A stretch of DNA of 64,000 bases from assembly GCA_964016885.1 (NCBI GenBank), contig OZ024755.1, positions 37,076,001 to 37,140,000 on the forward strand. Reading direction: 5' to 3'. This document shows positions 12,552 to 29,231 of the stretch, piece after piece. The position numbers were made by a program, and so were the translations under genes. How positions within the stretch are numbered: the first letter of the stretch is position 1; the number at the start of each line of letters is the position of its first letter. This DNA is from Eledone cirrhosa (lineage: Eukaryota). The notes beneath the pieces were generated by a model that worked only from the letters and a program-made list of their open reading frames with translations, had not been told where the DNA came from and searched no databases.

Positions 12552-13050
12552 ATTGTCATCAAACCCGTTGACAAAGGTGGCGCTATGTTGGTTTGGAGTG
12601 CTGACCTCTATAAGCTCGAGGCCCTACGCCAACTTCACGATACCCTATTTTACCGCCCGTTATCCTCCGACTCCACTCCTGGTTACCAACAACTCGTGTC
12701 CTCCACCAGCTCATCTCTTCCACCAACCCCCCACAGCCACCAACCTTATTGTAAGCACCCCTCGCACACCCACCATCTACTTCCTCCCCAAAATACACAA
12801 ACAAAATAATTCCGGTCCTCCTATCGTTTCCGGGTGCAACTGCCCCACCGAAATCATCTCTGAATACTTAGATACCCTCCTCGCCCAACCTCCCATCCCA
12901 CATCCACGACACCAATCATACCCTTAGACTCTTTAACACCTCCTCCTTCCCTCCTGACCCTTCCTGCCTTCTCTCCACCCTGGACTTCACCTCTCTTTAT
13001 ACCGTCATCACTCATGATGACGGCCTCCGCGCTCTCCGACACTGTTTAAC
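12552..13050 (+). pseudogene. Penelope-like (Neptune-like) RT N-terminal fragment, frameshifted
   Basis: IVIKPVDKGG..LYKLEALRQLHD, YFLPKIHKQNNSGPPIVSGCNCPTE and LDFTSLYTVITHDDGLRAL (motif A). Confidence 0.85.
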
Positions 13051-13243
13051 CCTGACCCCAATACTAGAATGGTACTTTTTTATCGACCTCGAAAGGTTGA
13101 AAGGCAAAATTGACCTCGTCCATCTATTGTGACCGAGTCGTAATATGTGGCCAGCCCATCTGTGTTTGTATACAGGATGTGGGTATTGAAAACATTTTTT
13201 TTTTCGATATGACATTTGAAATAAATGTAAATCTGTATGTTTG

Positions 13244-13351
<108 letters not shown>

Positions 13352-13407
13352 TTCGTTTCTGAATTTGTTTAGAAAGATTCTTTAACTGAAAACGTGTGTT
13401 GAAACCG

Positions 13408-13723
13408 ATATTGTTATACTTTGGGAGGGTCATGTTGCCAATAAGAAACACACGCACCACTTGCTTTCACTTCAATTTATTGCGTAGGACAGAACAAAGG
13501 AGAGGTACAAAAACAAAGAAAAGAATCCCCAGTCACCGAAGAGGTCACAGAATGTGTGACGAAAGAACTTTGACACTATATAAACAACCATCTGGTTGTG
13601 GAACCAACCAACCAACCGGAAATTTATAAATTCCTAAATTTATAAATTTATTATTATAATAAATTGAAGTGAAAGCTACTGGTGCGTGTGTTTCTTATTG
13701 GCAACATGACCCTCCCAAAGTAT

Positions 13724-13730
<7 letters not shown>
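13408..13730. mobile_element. Fold-back element with ~72-bp inverted arms
   Basis: TATTGTTATACTTTGGGAGGGTCATGTTGCC..CAATTTATT pairs with its reverse complement at 13658-13730. The same terminus recurs at 2970, 11800, 34154, 38774, 40221 and 62660. Confidence 0.7.
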
Positions 13731-13786
<56 letters not shown>

Positions 13787-14116
13787 TGATATTAAATAAA
13801 TGGAAACTATATTTATAAAACCATATTTATTCTATTATATATATTTCAAGAGTACCAACACTTTTCGTACGCTATCATCAATACAAAATGAGTGACATTA
13901 TTGAAAAGATGAAAAGGACAATTCTTTTAAAAAAAGAGTTTTATAATGTATATATAAAGTATTACCGGTTTCGATGTATTAGTAAAATTCATCTTATCAA
14001 ATGTTGAGTATTACAATTAAAAAGAATTAATAAGGATTAAAAACTAAAAATTAAAAATTTGAAATTAAGAGGTAAGTTTTTTCATCTTCCTTGTTGAGAA
14101 GGAGACTGGAGAATTG

Positions 14117-14184
<68 letters not shown>

Positions 14185-14890
14185 GATAACAAGTTATCGT
14201 TTTAGGTAATACAGTTAGAGGTTGTGAGTACTCTGTACTATGGAGAGTTTTAACGTACGGCGTTATTTGACCCAACAAGAGGTTTCCTTAGTTAGGTGTC
14301 GAGTTTGCGAGAATTCCCATTCTTGGAGTAATAGTAGTGAAAGAGGGAAGAATAACATGGTCGGCTGTACAAAAAGGGTTTTATTTACAGTATTAACAAT
14401 TGTTTCATTGATTAGGTGAGTCTAAAGGCCGCTAATCACTCAGAATTGCGTCACTCGACCTTAAATAGAGTGTGTGTCTCTGATCAAATCATCATATATA
14501 TATATATATGACAATTAGGCTGGTGGTACTTAAAATTGATCGTTATGGTAACACTACAGATAACGATTTTTAGACACACTGGACCAATGAAACATTTATT
14601 AATACTTGGAATAAACCCTAGTGTATAGCTGATCCATGTTATTCTTCACTCTCTCTCTATATATATAGTAACACATTTGTGAAGAAACAGAGGCTGTGTA
14701 GTTGCTGGATAAAGTGTATTTAAAATAAGAGGAAAGCACGAATGGGAGAAGTTTCCCTTCATCAGTTGTCTACTGGAGATCATGGACATTTCTACGCATT
14801 CTAATGTCCGTGATCACCAACAGACAATTGATGAAGTGAAATTTATCCACGTTTGTGCTTTCCTCTTATTTACACACATAGGTATGTATA

Positions 14891-15081
14891 TTAATTGTTT
14901 CTACTTTTGGCACAAGGCCAGCAATTACCCAGTGCATTACTGGTACTTTATTTTATCGACCCCGTAAGGATGAAAGGCAAAGTCAACCTCGGCGGGATTT
15001 GAACTCAGATCGTAAAGGGACGTAACTATGCTGGAAAGCATGGCGTCCGACCCTCTACCGATACTGCCAATCCACCACCCT
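14891..15081 (-). mobile_element. SINE family 1, full length
   Basis: Reverse complement of the family 1 consensus. Further copies at 29311-29497, 30424-30630, 33085-33270, 34520-34918 (x2), 43468-43652, 44105-44291, 49460-49648, 50605-50780, 59661-59850 and 60309-60490. Confidence 0.9.
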
Positions 15082-15274
15082 TAATATACATAGGTATGTA
15101 TATTAATAAATGGAAACTATATTTATAAAACCATATTTATTCTATTTTCAAATAAAATTCGTTTGCATGTTCTAGCTTTTTCTTTTCATACCGAGTATTA
15201 GAGATTATTGACCCGACCACGTATATAATAGAATAAATATGGTTTTATAAATATAGTTTCCATTTATTAATATC

Positions 15275-15472
<198 letters not shown>

Positions 15473-15496
15473 ATATATATATATAAATATATAAAT

Positions 15497-15546
<50 letters not shown>

Positions 15547-15959
15547 GTATTGAATGTTTGATGGGTGATTATTTTCTGTCAGTTAATCTGATCTATAAAT
15601 GATATCTCACTGTATGTGACTGCTTACTTATGGGACACAATGTATTATATGGCTAGAGCCTGATCAGAGGAGAAGTAGGAGGAAACTTAAAAGAAATGAT
15701 TTGAATGAAGAACTATCGAGAGATCCACAATCCACTAGACCAAGAGAGAGAGGGAGAGAGTGAGAGAGAGAGAGAGACGGAACAGATTGGTATTATAAGA
15801 TTGAACGCTAAGTAAATATAGAATACATAAGAACTCATCAATCTATCTCTCAATTGATAGATTGGCATATAGACAGACAGACATATTGTCAGACAGACAT
15901 ATTGTCAGACAGACGGGCGGGCTGGCGGATAGATAGATAGATAGATAGATTTCTATGTT

Positions 15960-16084
<125 letters not shown>

Positions 16085-16144
16085 AAATTAATAAAAACAA
16101 TGAATAAAAACAAAGAAACAGTTCCTTATATTAAAAAATTCATC

Positions 16145-16272
16145 ATTTTACGATCGTTTCTAGGATATATATGTTTGTGTTGGTATGTATATCATATAGA
16201 TCTATGTAACATTTTTACAAACTATCAGAGGGAATATACATACTTACACATATATATGTTGTCTTCAGAAAT
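16145..16272 (-). ncRNA. Hammerhead motif with ~100-nt stem II, family F
   Basis: Reverse complement reads AUUU-CUGAAGA-[long hairpin]-GAAA-CGAUCG-UA-AAAU. A second copy is at 55139-55264. Confidence 0.65.
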
Positions 16273-16308
16273 AATAATACTACCGTACATTTTGGTAGAT
16301 TTATCTAC

Positions 16309-16400
<92 letters not shown>

Positions 16401-16402
<2 letters not shown>

Positions 16403-16584
16403 CGAAGGAAATGTGGTAAGGAACCAGGTGGACCATAACGCACCAAAGTACTCAATACTTGAGGTAGTAGAGTGGGTAATAGGAACCAGTAAGACCCCGA
16501 CAGCTGAGCTCAAGCCGTTTCGACGGCTAATTCAGAATTAGCCGTCGAAACGGCTTGAGCTCAGCTGTCGGGGTCTTACTGGTT

Positions 16585-16588
<4 letters not shown>
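16401..16588. mobile_element. Family C fold-back element
   Basis: Palindrome 16479-16588 centred on GCTAATTCAGAATTAGC, with the tail on the minus arm only. Confidence 0.88.
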
Positions 16589-16644
<56 letters not shown>

Positions 16645-17266
16645 GCAAGAAACCAGGACTATCCGTCATCAGTGATCTTCTGGCAATCATCGGTATTACT
16701 TCGCATTAAAGACCAGATACCTCAGATTAGTGCGATACAATAACTAAAATAAGTTATTGGGATAAAAAGAATTGGGTGGAGAAAGAGAGACAGGTAAACA
16801 ACCAAAAATGGTGAGGCAACGTAAAGAGAGGAAACGAGAGACAAGTCAGTGATACATGTGAACTTAAGTTCTAGCAAATCATTGACGAGAAGACGAAGGA
16901 CGCGTCCGAACCCTGCGAAATGTGAGCGAGAAAAGGATTTCACACAGGTCAGACGGGAGGAAGTGAGAGAGGGGGAGTAGCAGAGAGTGAGTGAGTGAAA
17001 GTGTGAGGAAGAGGCAAGCCGAGATAGGGTGACCAGCAGAGGGGGTGAATGAAAGTAAGAGGTACAAGGTGAGAGAAGGGGGAGAGAGAAAGAGGATAGT
17101 AGTAAGGGAATAGAAAAAGTCAGGTCACAGCGAGGGGAACAAATATAAGAATGAAAAATGGCGTGTGTGATACATATGAATTAAAAAATAGAGCAAGAAA
17201 CCAGAGAAAGAGAGATGGATGGATAGATAGTTAGATAGATAGAAAGATAGATTTCTATGTGTGTGA

Positions 17267-17299
<33 letters not shown>

Positions 17300-17585
17300 G
17301 TTAAAAGAATAGAGGTGTAACACACAAGTTATTGTATATTGGTAAACGGAATAGAAAATGCTGACAATTGTTCACAGTTGAAAAATGGTTTAATTAGGAA
17401 TAAAAGAGTATTAGTGATTGTATGGGTTAGTATTCAGTTGTGGTTTTAAGTTTTTAAGTTTTTACCGGTTGCGCATTTCTAAATGCTTTTCAAAAATAAT
17501 TTTGAGATAGAGTGTCCGTGCTGTTTGCTCTAATTAAACCATTTTTCAACTGTGAACAATTTGTCAGCATTTTCTATTCCGTTTA

Positions 17586-17591
<6 letters not shown>
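17300..17591. mobile_element. Family E asymmetric inverted element
   Basis: Long minus arm 17300-17530 (with tail) and short plus arm 17531-17591. A plus-strand copy is at ~11930-12180. Confidence 0.75.
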
Positions 17592-17662
<71 letters not shown>

Positions 17663-17763
17663 GTTTGAATATGTATAATAAAGCCAAAACAATGCAGGTA
17701 TGGACTTAGAAAAAAGAATGCAATTGCAAAAGATATTGTTGACAATTCGTCTTTTACCTTAGA

Positions 17764-17819
17764 TTTATTTAAATGTCCTTAATTTTCGAGATAATATCTC
17801 TTCTTCAGAGGGAAATAAA
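17764..17819 (-). ncRNA. Minimal hammerhead in the pLTR of a GIY-YIG PLE, family G
   Basis: Reverse complement reads UUUAUUUCCCU-CUGAAGA-AGAGAUAUUAUCUC-GAAA-AU-UA-AGG..AAAUAAA. Confidence 0.7.
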
Positions 17820-18217
17820 GGTCTCAAACCAGCGTTCTAAATAGCTTGCCAAGTCATGCTGACAGGAAATGGTATAGAGTATCTGTTCTATCTCTAATGT
17901 CAAAGAGTTAAAATTAGGTGGATAAAGAGTAGTCTCCCTTTAAAAGGGTTCTTTTTTGTTTTTTAAAGTTTTTTTTATATACATGCCTGTTTAAGTGTGT
18001 GGGAGAATGCATGAAGGTGTAAGTATGGGAGTGTGTGTGTGTGAGTGTGAGAAGATAAGTCTATTCGTAAATGTGGGTGATAGGTGTTATCTGGTGTTAG
18101 AACTGGTTTTGTGTGTGTATGTGTGAGAGAGAATAAGTGGAGGTGTAAGCGTGTGTGTGTGTGTGCGTGCGCGTGTGTGTGTGGTGTGTGTGTGTAAATA
18201 TGGGGCTAGAAGCTCTA

Positions 18218-18685
18218 TCAGGTTATAAATTGGGTGTTGAGTTCTAGTCTATTATTGATTGGTGGTTGTGTTTTATCTATAATTAGTGCTTCCTTAATTC
18301 TAAGATTGCTGAGGCTTCTTTCCTTAGTTTCTATCCTAACTGTTATGGTTTTGTCGGTGTTTTTGCATTTAACTAGGTGTTTCTTAAATGAGGAAGTGTT
18401 AGTATTGAGGTGTTCTTTTATTCTTATGTGGAGTGGTATGGTGGTGCTACCTACGTAGAAGTTGTTGCATTTGTCACACTCTAGTCTGTATACGACGTAA
18501 GCCTGGTGGCATAGGTCTGTGTCGTTGATGGGGCAGTTGGCTAGTCTGCAGCAGTTGTCATGTCTGGTGGAGTGTATTTTGGTTAGCTGTCCGCGTAGAG
18601 AAGGACCTGAGTGGGCCAGTTGGATATCTAGTCCCTCTCGTCTGATAGCTCTGCGGATGGCTGTTGTTGTTTCTATAACCTCCTC
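18218..18685 (-). pseudogene. Penelope-like element C-terminal GIY-YIG endonuclease (5'-truncated, open frame to stop)
   Basis: ...CCRLANCPINDTDLCHQAYVVYRLECDKCNNFYVGSTTIPLHIRIKEHL..FKKHLVKC..RIKEALIIDKTQPPINNRLELNTQFIT*. It is absent from the ORF track because it has no start codon. Confidence 0.9.
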
Positions 18686-18703
18686 CTATATATATATATA
18701 TAT

Positions 18704-18837
18704 AACGAAGGAAATGTGGTAAGGAACCAGGTGGACCATAACGCACCAAAGTACTCAATACTTAGGGTAGTAGAGTGGGTAATAGGAACGAGTAGGACCC
18801 CGACGGCTTGAGCCCAGCCGTCGGGGTCCGACTCGTT

Positions 18838-18841
<4 letters not shown>
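18704..18841. mobile_element. Family C element, collapsed fold-back at stem III
   Basis: GACCCCGACGGCT-TGAGCCC-AGCCGTCGGGGTC: the arms join in the stem III loop. Confidence 0.75.
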
Positions 18842-18883
<42 letters not shown>

Positions 18884-18884
18884 G

Positions 18885-18936
<52 letters not shown>

Positions 18937-19313
18937 TACAATTATATATATATCTTACAATTAACCTGTTAATAATTCTATTGATAGATTAATTGCATAA
19001 GTTTATTTTAAAAACTACCTGGTCGACAGCTTATTCGATTTGTGCTATTTATGTAATTTTTTGTATGATTTACACATACTGAATTCATTTGCCAAAATCT
19101 GGGGTTTTTCCCCTGTGGGTTACACATGTGCTGTTACAAAACACTGTGTCATCCACAACACTGGCGCAGAACAAAATACCTGTTGATAACGTGATATTCC
19201 TCGTTCGATCATTATACCAAAAGCTTATTGTTTTAAGCAGACAGTATTATTGATTTAGGTGTCACAGAAAGCCTGTACTGGATTTTACCATCAATTCCAA
19301 GGGTCCAGGTTCG

Positions 19314-19358
<45 letters not shown>

Positions 19359-19573
19359 ATTATGTCATTTATTTTGTCTGACCTGTTTAGCTTGACTTGT
19401 GTTTTTGGTTTAGGCGGTCTATAGCTTCTTGACCGCCTTCTCACTTTGTATGGCCTTTATAACCTATGTTTATTGCTCTGGTCTTTTAGCCCATGGAGCG
19501 CTTGCCAGCATGACTCGGAATTTGCGTTACGTTTCGCCTTTTCTACCCGCCGTAATGCGAATCTCGCTGAATT

Positions 19574-19615
<42 letters not shown>

Positions 19616-20109
19616 TGGATGGATGGATGGATGGATGGATAGATTTATAGATAGATCGCTGGATGGATGAATGGGCAGATAGATAGACAGATTAACAGCT
19701 TAGCTAACTAGCTAGATAGAGAGAGATATAGATAGATAGATTAGTATTTAAATAGTTCGTGAGAGAGACGGAAAAGAGGAGGAGTGAGAAACATCTCTAA
19801 TGAATATGCATATATAAATTTTGTAATGGGCGTGGTTTTGAAGAGCGCCAACTTTGTGTAGGTGTAGGAATTTACTATGGTTTCTGTGTATGTGTGTTTG
19901 TTTATGTTTCCCTGCTTGACTTAAATGTTTAAAACTGTAAGTGTATTTCATGTGTAAGCATGTGTGTAATATAGGACTTAACCATGCTAGATGCATTATG
20001 CCAGGAGAGTCCGTACCCAAATGTGGTGTTTGTATTTCTTCATAAGAATTTTGTGAGTGTGAGTTGGCGGATGGGTGTGACTGGCAGATATGTCTGAATC
20101 TATCTATAA

Positions 20110-23586
<3,477 letters not shown>

Positions 23587-23633
23587 ATAAAGTTAAATAA
23601 AAGTCAAATGATTAAAATTTAGCTTCGTTTATT

Positions 23634-23688
23634 ACTGCTATATATATTTCAGTGACAGCCATATTTGGCTGTGACCTCTTCAGGCAGT
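23634..23688 (-). ncRNA. Type I hammerhead, family D
   Basis: Reverse complement reads ACUGC-CUGAAGA-GGUCACAGCC-AAAUAU-GGCUGUCACU-GAAA-UAUAUA-UA-GCAGU. Confidence 0.8.
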
Positions 23689-24332
23689 TTGAATTAGTAT
23701 GGTATATATATATATATATATATACATATATAATCATGTACCTTTACAAACAACTTCCTCATTACACTCTTTCCTTCTTTTTCTATCATTTCTTTTTTCA
23801 TGTATTTTATTTCCATTGACAAACATATTTCATCTCATACCAGTTATATCTTGACTTTTACCAACATTTCTTTCTTTCCCTGAACATCTTATATTTAAAT
23901 ATTATTAAATATTTAATAATTGTTTCTACTTTAGGCACAAGGCCAGAAAATTACCCAAAGTACCAGTAATGCACTGGTTAATTTGCTGGCCTTGTGCCTA
24001 AAGTAGAAACAATTATTAAATATTTACCATGGGGTTCTATTGCTTATAGATTTGCTTTTATATATTTTTGTTATATAGTAACTATGATTAGATAAAGTTT
24101 CTTTATGGGGCATATAAAATTGAATATAAATGTACAGAACAGAGGGGTTGACTGGTTGAGAAGATTGGTTCAAAACAAACCAGGTATTCTCTCTTTTATT
24201 GCACTTGCGTGTCAATTTGAGCTAGAGTCTCCTACAATGTCTTCGTAAGTAACATTTGGTTTCAATGGCTATCATCGAAATATATAGCAGTAAATAAAGG
24301 ATTATGAGTTCATGCAATTGACTTATGTTTCG

Positions 24333-24389
<57 letters not shown>

Positions 24390-24400
24390 ATATATATATA

Positions 24401-24485
<85 letters not shown>

Positions 24486-24669
24486 ATATATATATATATA
24501 TATTATGTTTAATTGCTCCAGTGTACTATGCTGAAAATGAGTACCAGCAATAGCTGGGGATTTACCCCTGCGATGGACTAGCGTCTTGTCCAGGGAGGTG
24601 TCTTGTACTGTTAGTTGGTTCACACCATGAAACCGGGATAAGCATAGGCCAAATGAGCCTTCTGGCTTA

Positions 24670-24787
<118 letters not shown>

Positions 24788-24788
24788 G

Positions 24789-24880
<92 letters not shown>

Positions 24881-24881
24881 G

Positions 24882-24917
<36 letters not shown>

Positions 24918-24918
24918 G

Positions 24919-24955
<37 letters not shown>

Positions 24956-24957
24956 TG

Positions 24958-24997
<40 letters not shown>

Positions 24998-25048
24998 CAG
25001 ATGTAGCTCAGCTGTCGGAGCCCTGACTCTTTTCCTACACACACACAC

Positions 25049-25152
<104 letters not shown>

Positions 25153-25402
25153 ATTTGCAGTCGAGACATCGAGTGCTCAAAAAACTGTTATAAATCAGCG
25201 AAACTGCAGTCGGGACATCAAAGTAAATAGGTAAAAATTCTTCTTAACTTGTTTACTTTTCCCAAATATAATTTTACACACACACACACATACACACCAC
25301 ATCCAGACACACACATGTATATATATATATATATATATATATATCATACAGGTAATTTGTAACATCGTCGGTGATTTATATAAATATATATATATATATT
25401 AT

Positions 25403-25442
<40 letters not shown>

Positions 25443-25574
25443 GTGGAACACTGGAAGGTAATATCCGTAGTGGTAGAGCACTCAGTCCAAGGGACGAGTT
25501 AGGTAGAAGTGGTTACACAACAGTTAGTTCACCATACCGAGAACAATTGTTTCACCTTAGCGGATCTTCAGATC

Positions 25575-25614
25575 CCGAGCTGAAGATCCGCTAAGGTGAA
25601 ACAATTGTTCTCGG
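25575..25614 (+). ncRNA. Minimal hammerhead, family B, in a fold-back element (25440-25646)
   Basis: CCGAG-CUGAAGA-UCCGCUAAGGU-GAAA-CAAUUG-UU-CUCGG. The inverted arm 25504-25571 stops exactly at the core. Confidence 0.8.
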
Positions 25615-25687
25615 TATGGTGAACTAACTGTTGTTTAACCACTTCTATATATATCTATATATCTATATCTATCTATCTATCTATCTA

Positions 25688-25720
<33 letters not shown>

Positions 25721-25721
<1 letters not shown>

Positions 25722-26158
25722 CAATATTAAATAAATGGAAAACTATATTTATAAAACCATATTTATTTCATTATATATATTTCGGGGATATCATATTAAC
25801 AATATGCTATGCCTTCATCAGACAAAATACAATATAAACAGTTTTATAGATAAATATATTCGACATACCGTAATAAACATCAACTTCATTTGAAGAGGTT
25901 CACTCTTGATGTTTATTACGGTATGTCGAATATATTTATCTATAAAACTGTTTATATTGTATTTTGTCTGATGAAGGCATAGCATATTGTTAATATGATA
26001 TCCCCGAAATATATATAATGAAATAAATATGGTTTTATAAATATAGTTTTCCATTTATTTAATATTGTAAATATACTCCAAGTATTTGTCGAGTGCTTTT
26101 ATATCAGTTATAAATATTTACTAGTTGTAACCCAACAATTTTAAATATAACTTTACAT
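25721..26158. mobile_element. Family A palindromic element with hammerheads on both strands (25764-25829 -, 25960-26025 +)
   Basis: ~163-bp essentially perfect arms, ~22-bp spacer, and a ~90-bp tail on the plus arm only. Confidence 0.88.
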
Positions 26159-26614
26159 ATATATATATATATATATTTATATATTTATATATATATGGGA
26201 TAACAAGTTATCGTTTTAGGTAATCCAGTTAGAGGTTGAATGTATTGGAGATCGAGTGACGCAACTTCGAGCAATTAGCGGCCTCTAGATCAATGAAAGA
26301 CTTGTTAATACTTGAAATAAAACCCCTTGTTGTACAGCCCACCATGTTACTCTTCAATCTTTCACTATATATATATATGTATATATATATATGTATACAT
26401 TTAAAAAAATTTTTTTAACGATCGACTTTCGTCAAATCGGACCGAGGAAACAATGTTTCCGTTGGTCTTTCCAATTCCTAGTATAATACAATCTATCGGT
26501 CGCAACTCCAGGTAGAAGGAGCAATGTGAAATAAAGTGTCTTGCTCAAGGACATAACGCATCGCCTGGTACAGGAATCGAACTCACAACCTCACGATTGC
26601 GAATCCAATTCTCT

Positions 26615-26757
<143 letters not shown>

Positions 26758-27037
26758 CTGTGTGTATTTATGTTTGTATACTTTGGTGTCGAATCATTTG
26801 TATAGTTACATAGGACTTTGTTGATCTGCCGCATATTGCCCATTCGATAAACAGGAATCGATAATATAAGCACCAGACATTATAAACAAAAATGTGATCG
26901 ACTAAACCTCGCGAAGGCCGTGCCACAGGCTGGCCTCAGTCGCACGACCAACCGAAAACACATACACACGCATACATACATACATACATACATACATACA
27001 TACATACATACATACATACATACATACATACATACAC

Positions 27038-27595
27038 ATATGATATGGGACAGGGAGAAGAAATCATGCACAGTAGTGGAAATTAGCTGCCCAGCAGATG
27101 CCAATATAATATCAAAGATTAACGAAAAGGCGAATATTTATGCAGAACTGATGAGAAATCTGCAAATACTCCACCCTGATTACACCCTCAGATTTATGCC
27201 TGTGATTATTGGGTCACTGGAGTATGTTAGTAACTGCCTCAATACAAATCTTGAGAAGCTGGGCTTCACAGGAACAGAAAGAACACAATTAGTTAGGAAA
27301 TTACAAGTACAATACATTAATGGAACAGTAAAAATATGTAAAACATTCCAAAACTTCTGTATCTAATAACTGCATATACACTTGTACAGATGCAAAGCAT
27401 ATACACTTGTACACATACAACTCAAAACATACACATCTACACATACAATAACATCCATATCTACACATGCAGACATGCATACATATCTACCTAGTTGATG
27501 TTGTGTAAATTCCAATGAGAGAGTCTTGTGTCTATGTTAGAAACCGACTCTCTCTCTATTGGGAAAAAATTTGTGAAATTATAAAACAAGAAGAA
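27038..27595 (+). mobile_element. RLE-type (R4/Dong-like) LINE 3' end in (CATA)n
   Basis: MIWDREKKSCTVVEISCP..EKANIYAEL..PVIIGSL is a restriction-like endonuclease segment, with (CATA)n on both sides. Confidence 0.8.
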
Positions 27596-27977
27596 CATAC
27601 ATACATACATACATACATACATACATACATACACACATACATACATACATACATACATACATACATACATACATACATACATACATACATACAGAATGTC
27701 TGCCCCCTCTTTATCGAGTATGGCCATTGCACGATATAACATTATTAATAATTATTAATTAATGCTACCGTGCAATGCCTGTGCCAGACATTTTATTTAA
27801 AATGAGGAAAGACTGTGCACTGAGCCAATCCCACTCTCTGAGCGACAGTAGCTATAACCTGAAAAGAAGAAGATCAACATCATCGGTAACTACTGAGTCG
27901 CAGGTTTTATGTCGGAGTTATCCCATATATACATACATACATACATACATATATACATACATGCATACATACATACA

Positions 27978-28585
27978 TGGTGGCTGCCAACTCGTTTTCG
28001 AGTACGGCCACTACTTTATATCCATGTAGGAGAACCCCTACCGATGGGCTGAACGAGTGTGACTTTTTAGTCCAGCCAGCGACTTGACAACTCTGGTACA
28101 AACACTACACTTGTGACAATTATTGACACAGTGCTGGGCCCATGGTACCATATGACGACAAGTGCAGAGAGATCTCCAGATATAAAGCAATGCCTGTGCC
28201 GTGAAGCTTTTATAGTGAGTAAAGGCACTGCACAAAGCCAGTCCCACTCTCTTAACCAAGATGATATTTACCAAAAAAGAAGAACAACATCATTGGATAC
28301 TATCGGGGTTCCAGGTGTTATATCAGAGTTTTCTTTCTCCTAGAATTCTGCCTTGACAAAAGCTAAGGGGTCATCTCTCCCGGTGATTTTGGATGGTCAT
28401 TGACTCTTAAGAGCTCCTTTGCCCTTTGCCAGGTTTTGTTTTTCGTCCTGCAGGATGTCCAAAGTCACCCTCCTCACCAAGAAACATTGGTGGGGTTGCC
28501 AGTTTAGTCGCCAACGACCCGACCATGAGACAGGTTGTACTGGGATACATGTTAAACACATTAATAGCTACAGCAATGTGGAAGA
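27978..28585 (-). mobile_element. Bipartite non-autonomous RTE-derived element
   Basis: RTE 5'UTR-like CTAGGAGAAAGAAAACTCTGATATAACACC fused to a C-terminal zinc finger (CSVCTRVVKSLAGLKSHTRSAH), 3'UTR and (ATGT)n tail. Relatives at 27695-27925, 29270-30070, 32200-32668 and 49858-50040. Confidence 0.6.
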
Positions 28586-28599
28586 CATACATATACATA

Positions 28600-29231
28600 A
28601 TATGAAAGAGTACTGGTTCCAGTTAAAACCCCAATAAAATACAAGCATACCAGACCAGATATTATGATATGGGACAGGGAAAAGAAGGCATGCAAAGTAT
28701 TGGTAGTTAGCTGTCCAGCAGGTGCCAGTATAATATCAAAGATTAGCGAAAAGGAGAATATTTATGCAGAACTAATGAGAAATCTACAGATACTTCACAC
28801 TGATTACACCTTCAGATTTATGACTGATTATTGGGGCACTGGGGTATATTAGTAACTGCCTCAATGAAAATCTTGAGAAGCTAGGCTTCACAGGAACAGA
28901 AAGAACACAACTAGTTAGGAATTTACAAGTACAATCCATTTATATAAAGTAAAACAGTAAAAATATGTAAAATATTCCAAAAATTCTGCATCTAATAACT
29001 GCATGTACACTTGTACGGATACCAAGCATATGCACATGCACACATACAATTCAAAACATACACATCCACCATGCAATAACATCCATACCTGCACACACAT
29101 GCATGTAGACATGCAGACATACATATCTACCTAGTTGATGTGTAAATTCCAATGAGAGAGTCTTGTAATTATGTTAGAAACCGGCTCTCTCTCCATTAGC
29201 AAAAAATTGTGAAATTATAAAACCAGAAGAA
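28600..29231 (+). mobile_element. Second RLE-type LINE 3' end
   Basis: KHTRPDIMIWDREKK..SCP..EKENIYAEL, with the same 3'UTR as 27038-27595 ending in (CATA)n. Confidence 0.8.
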
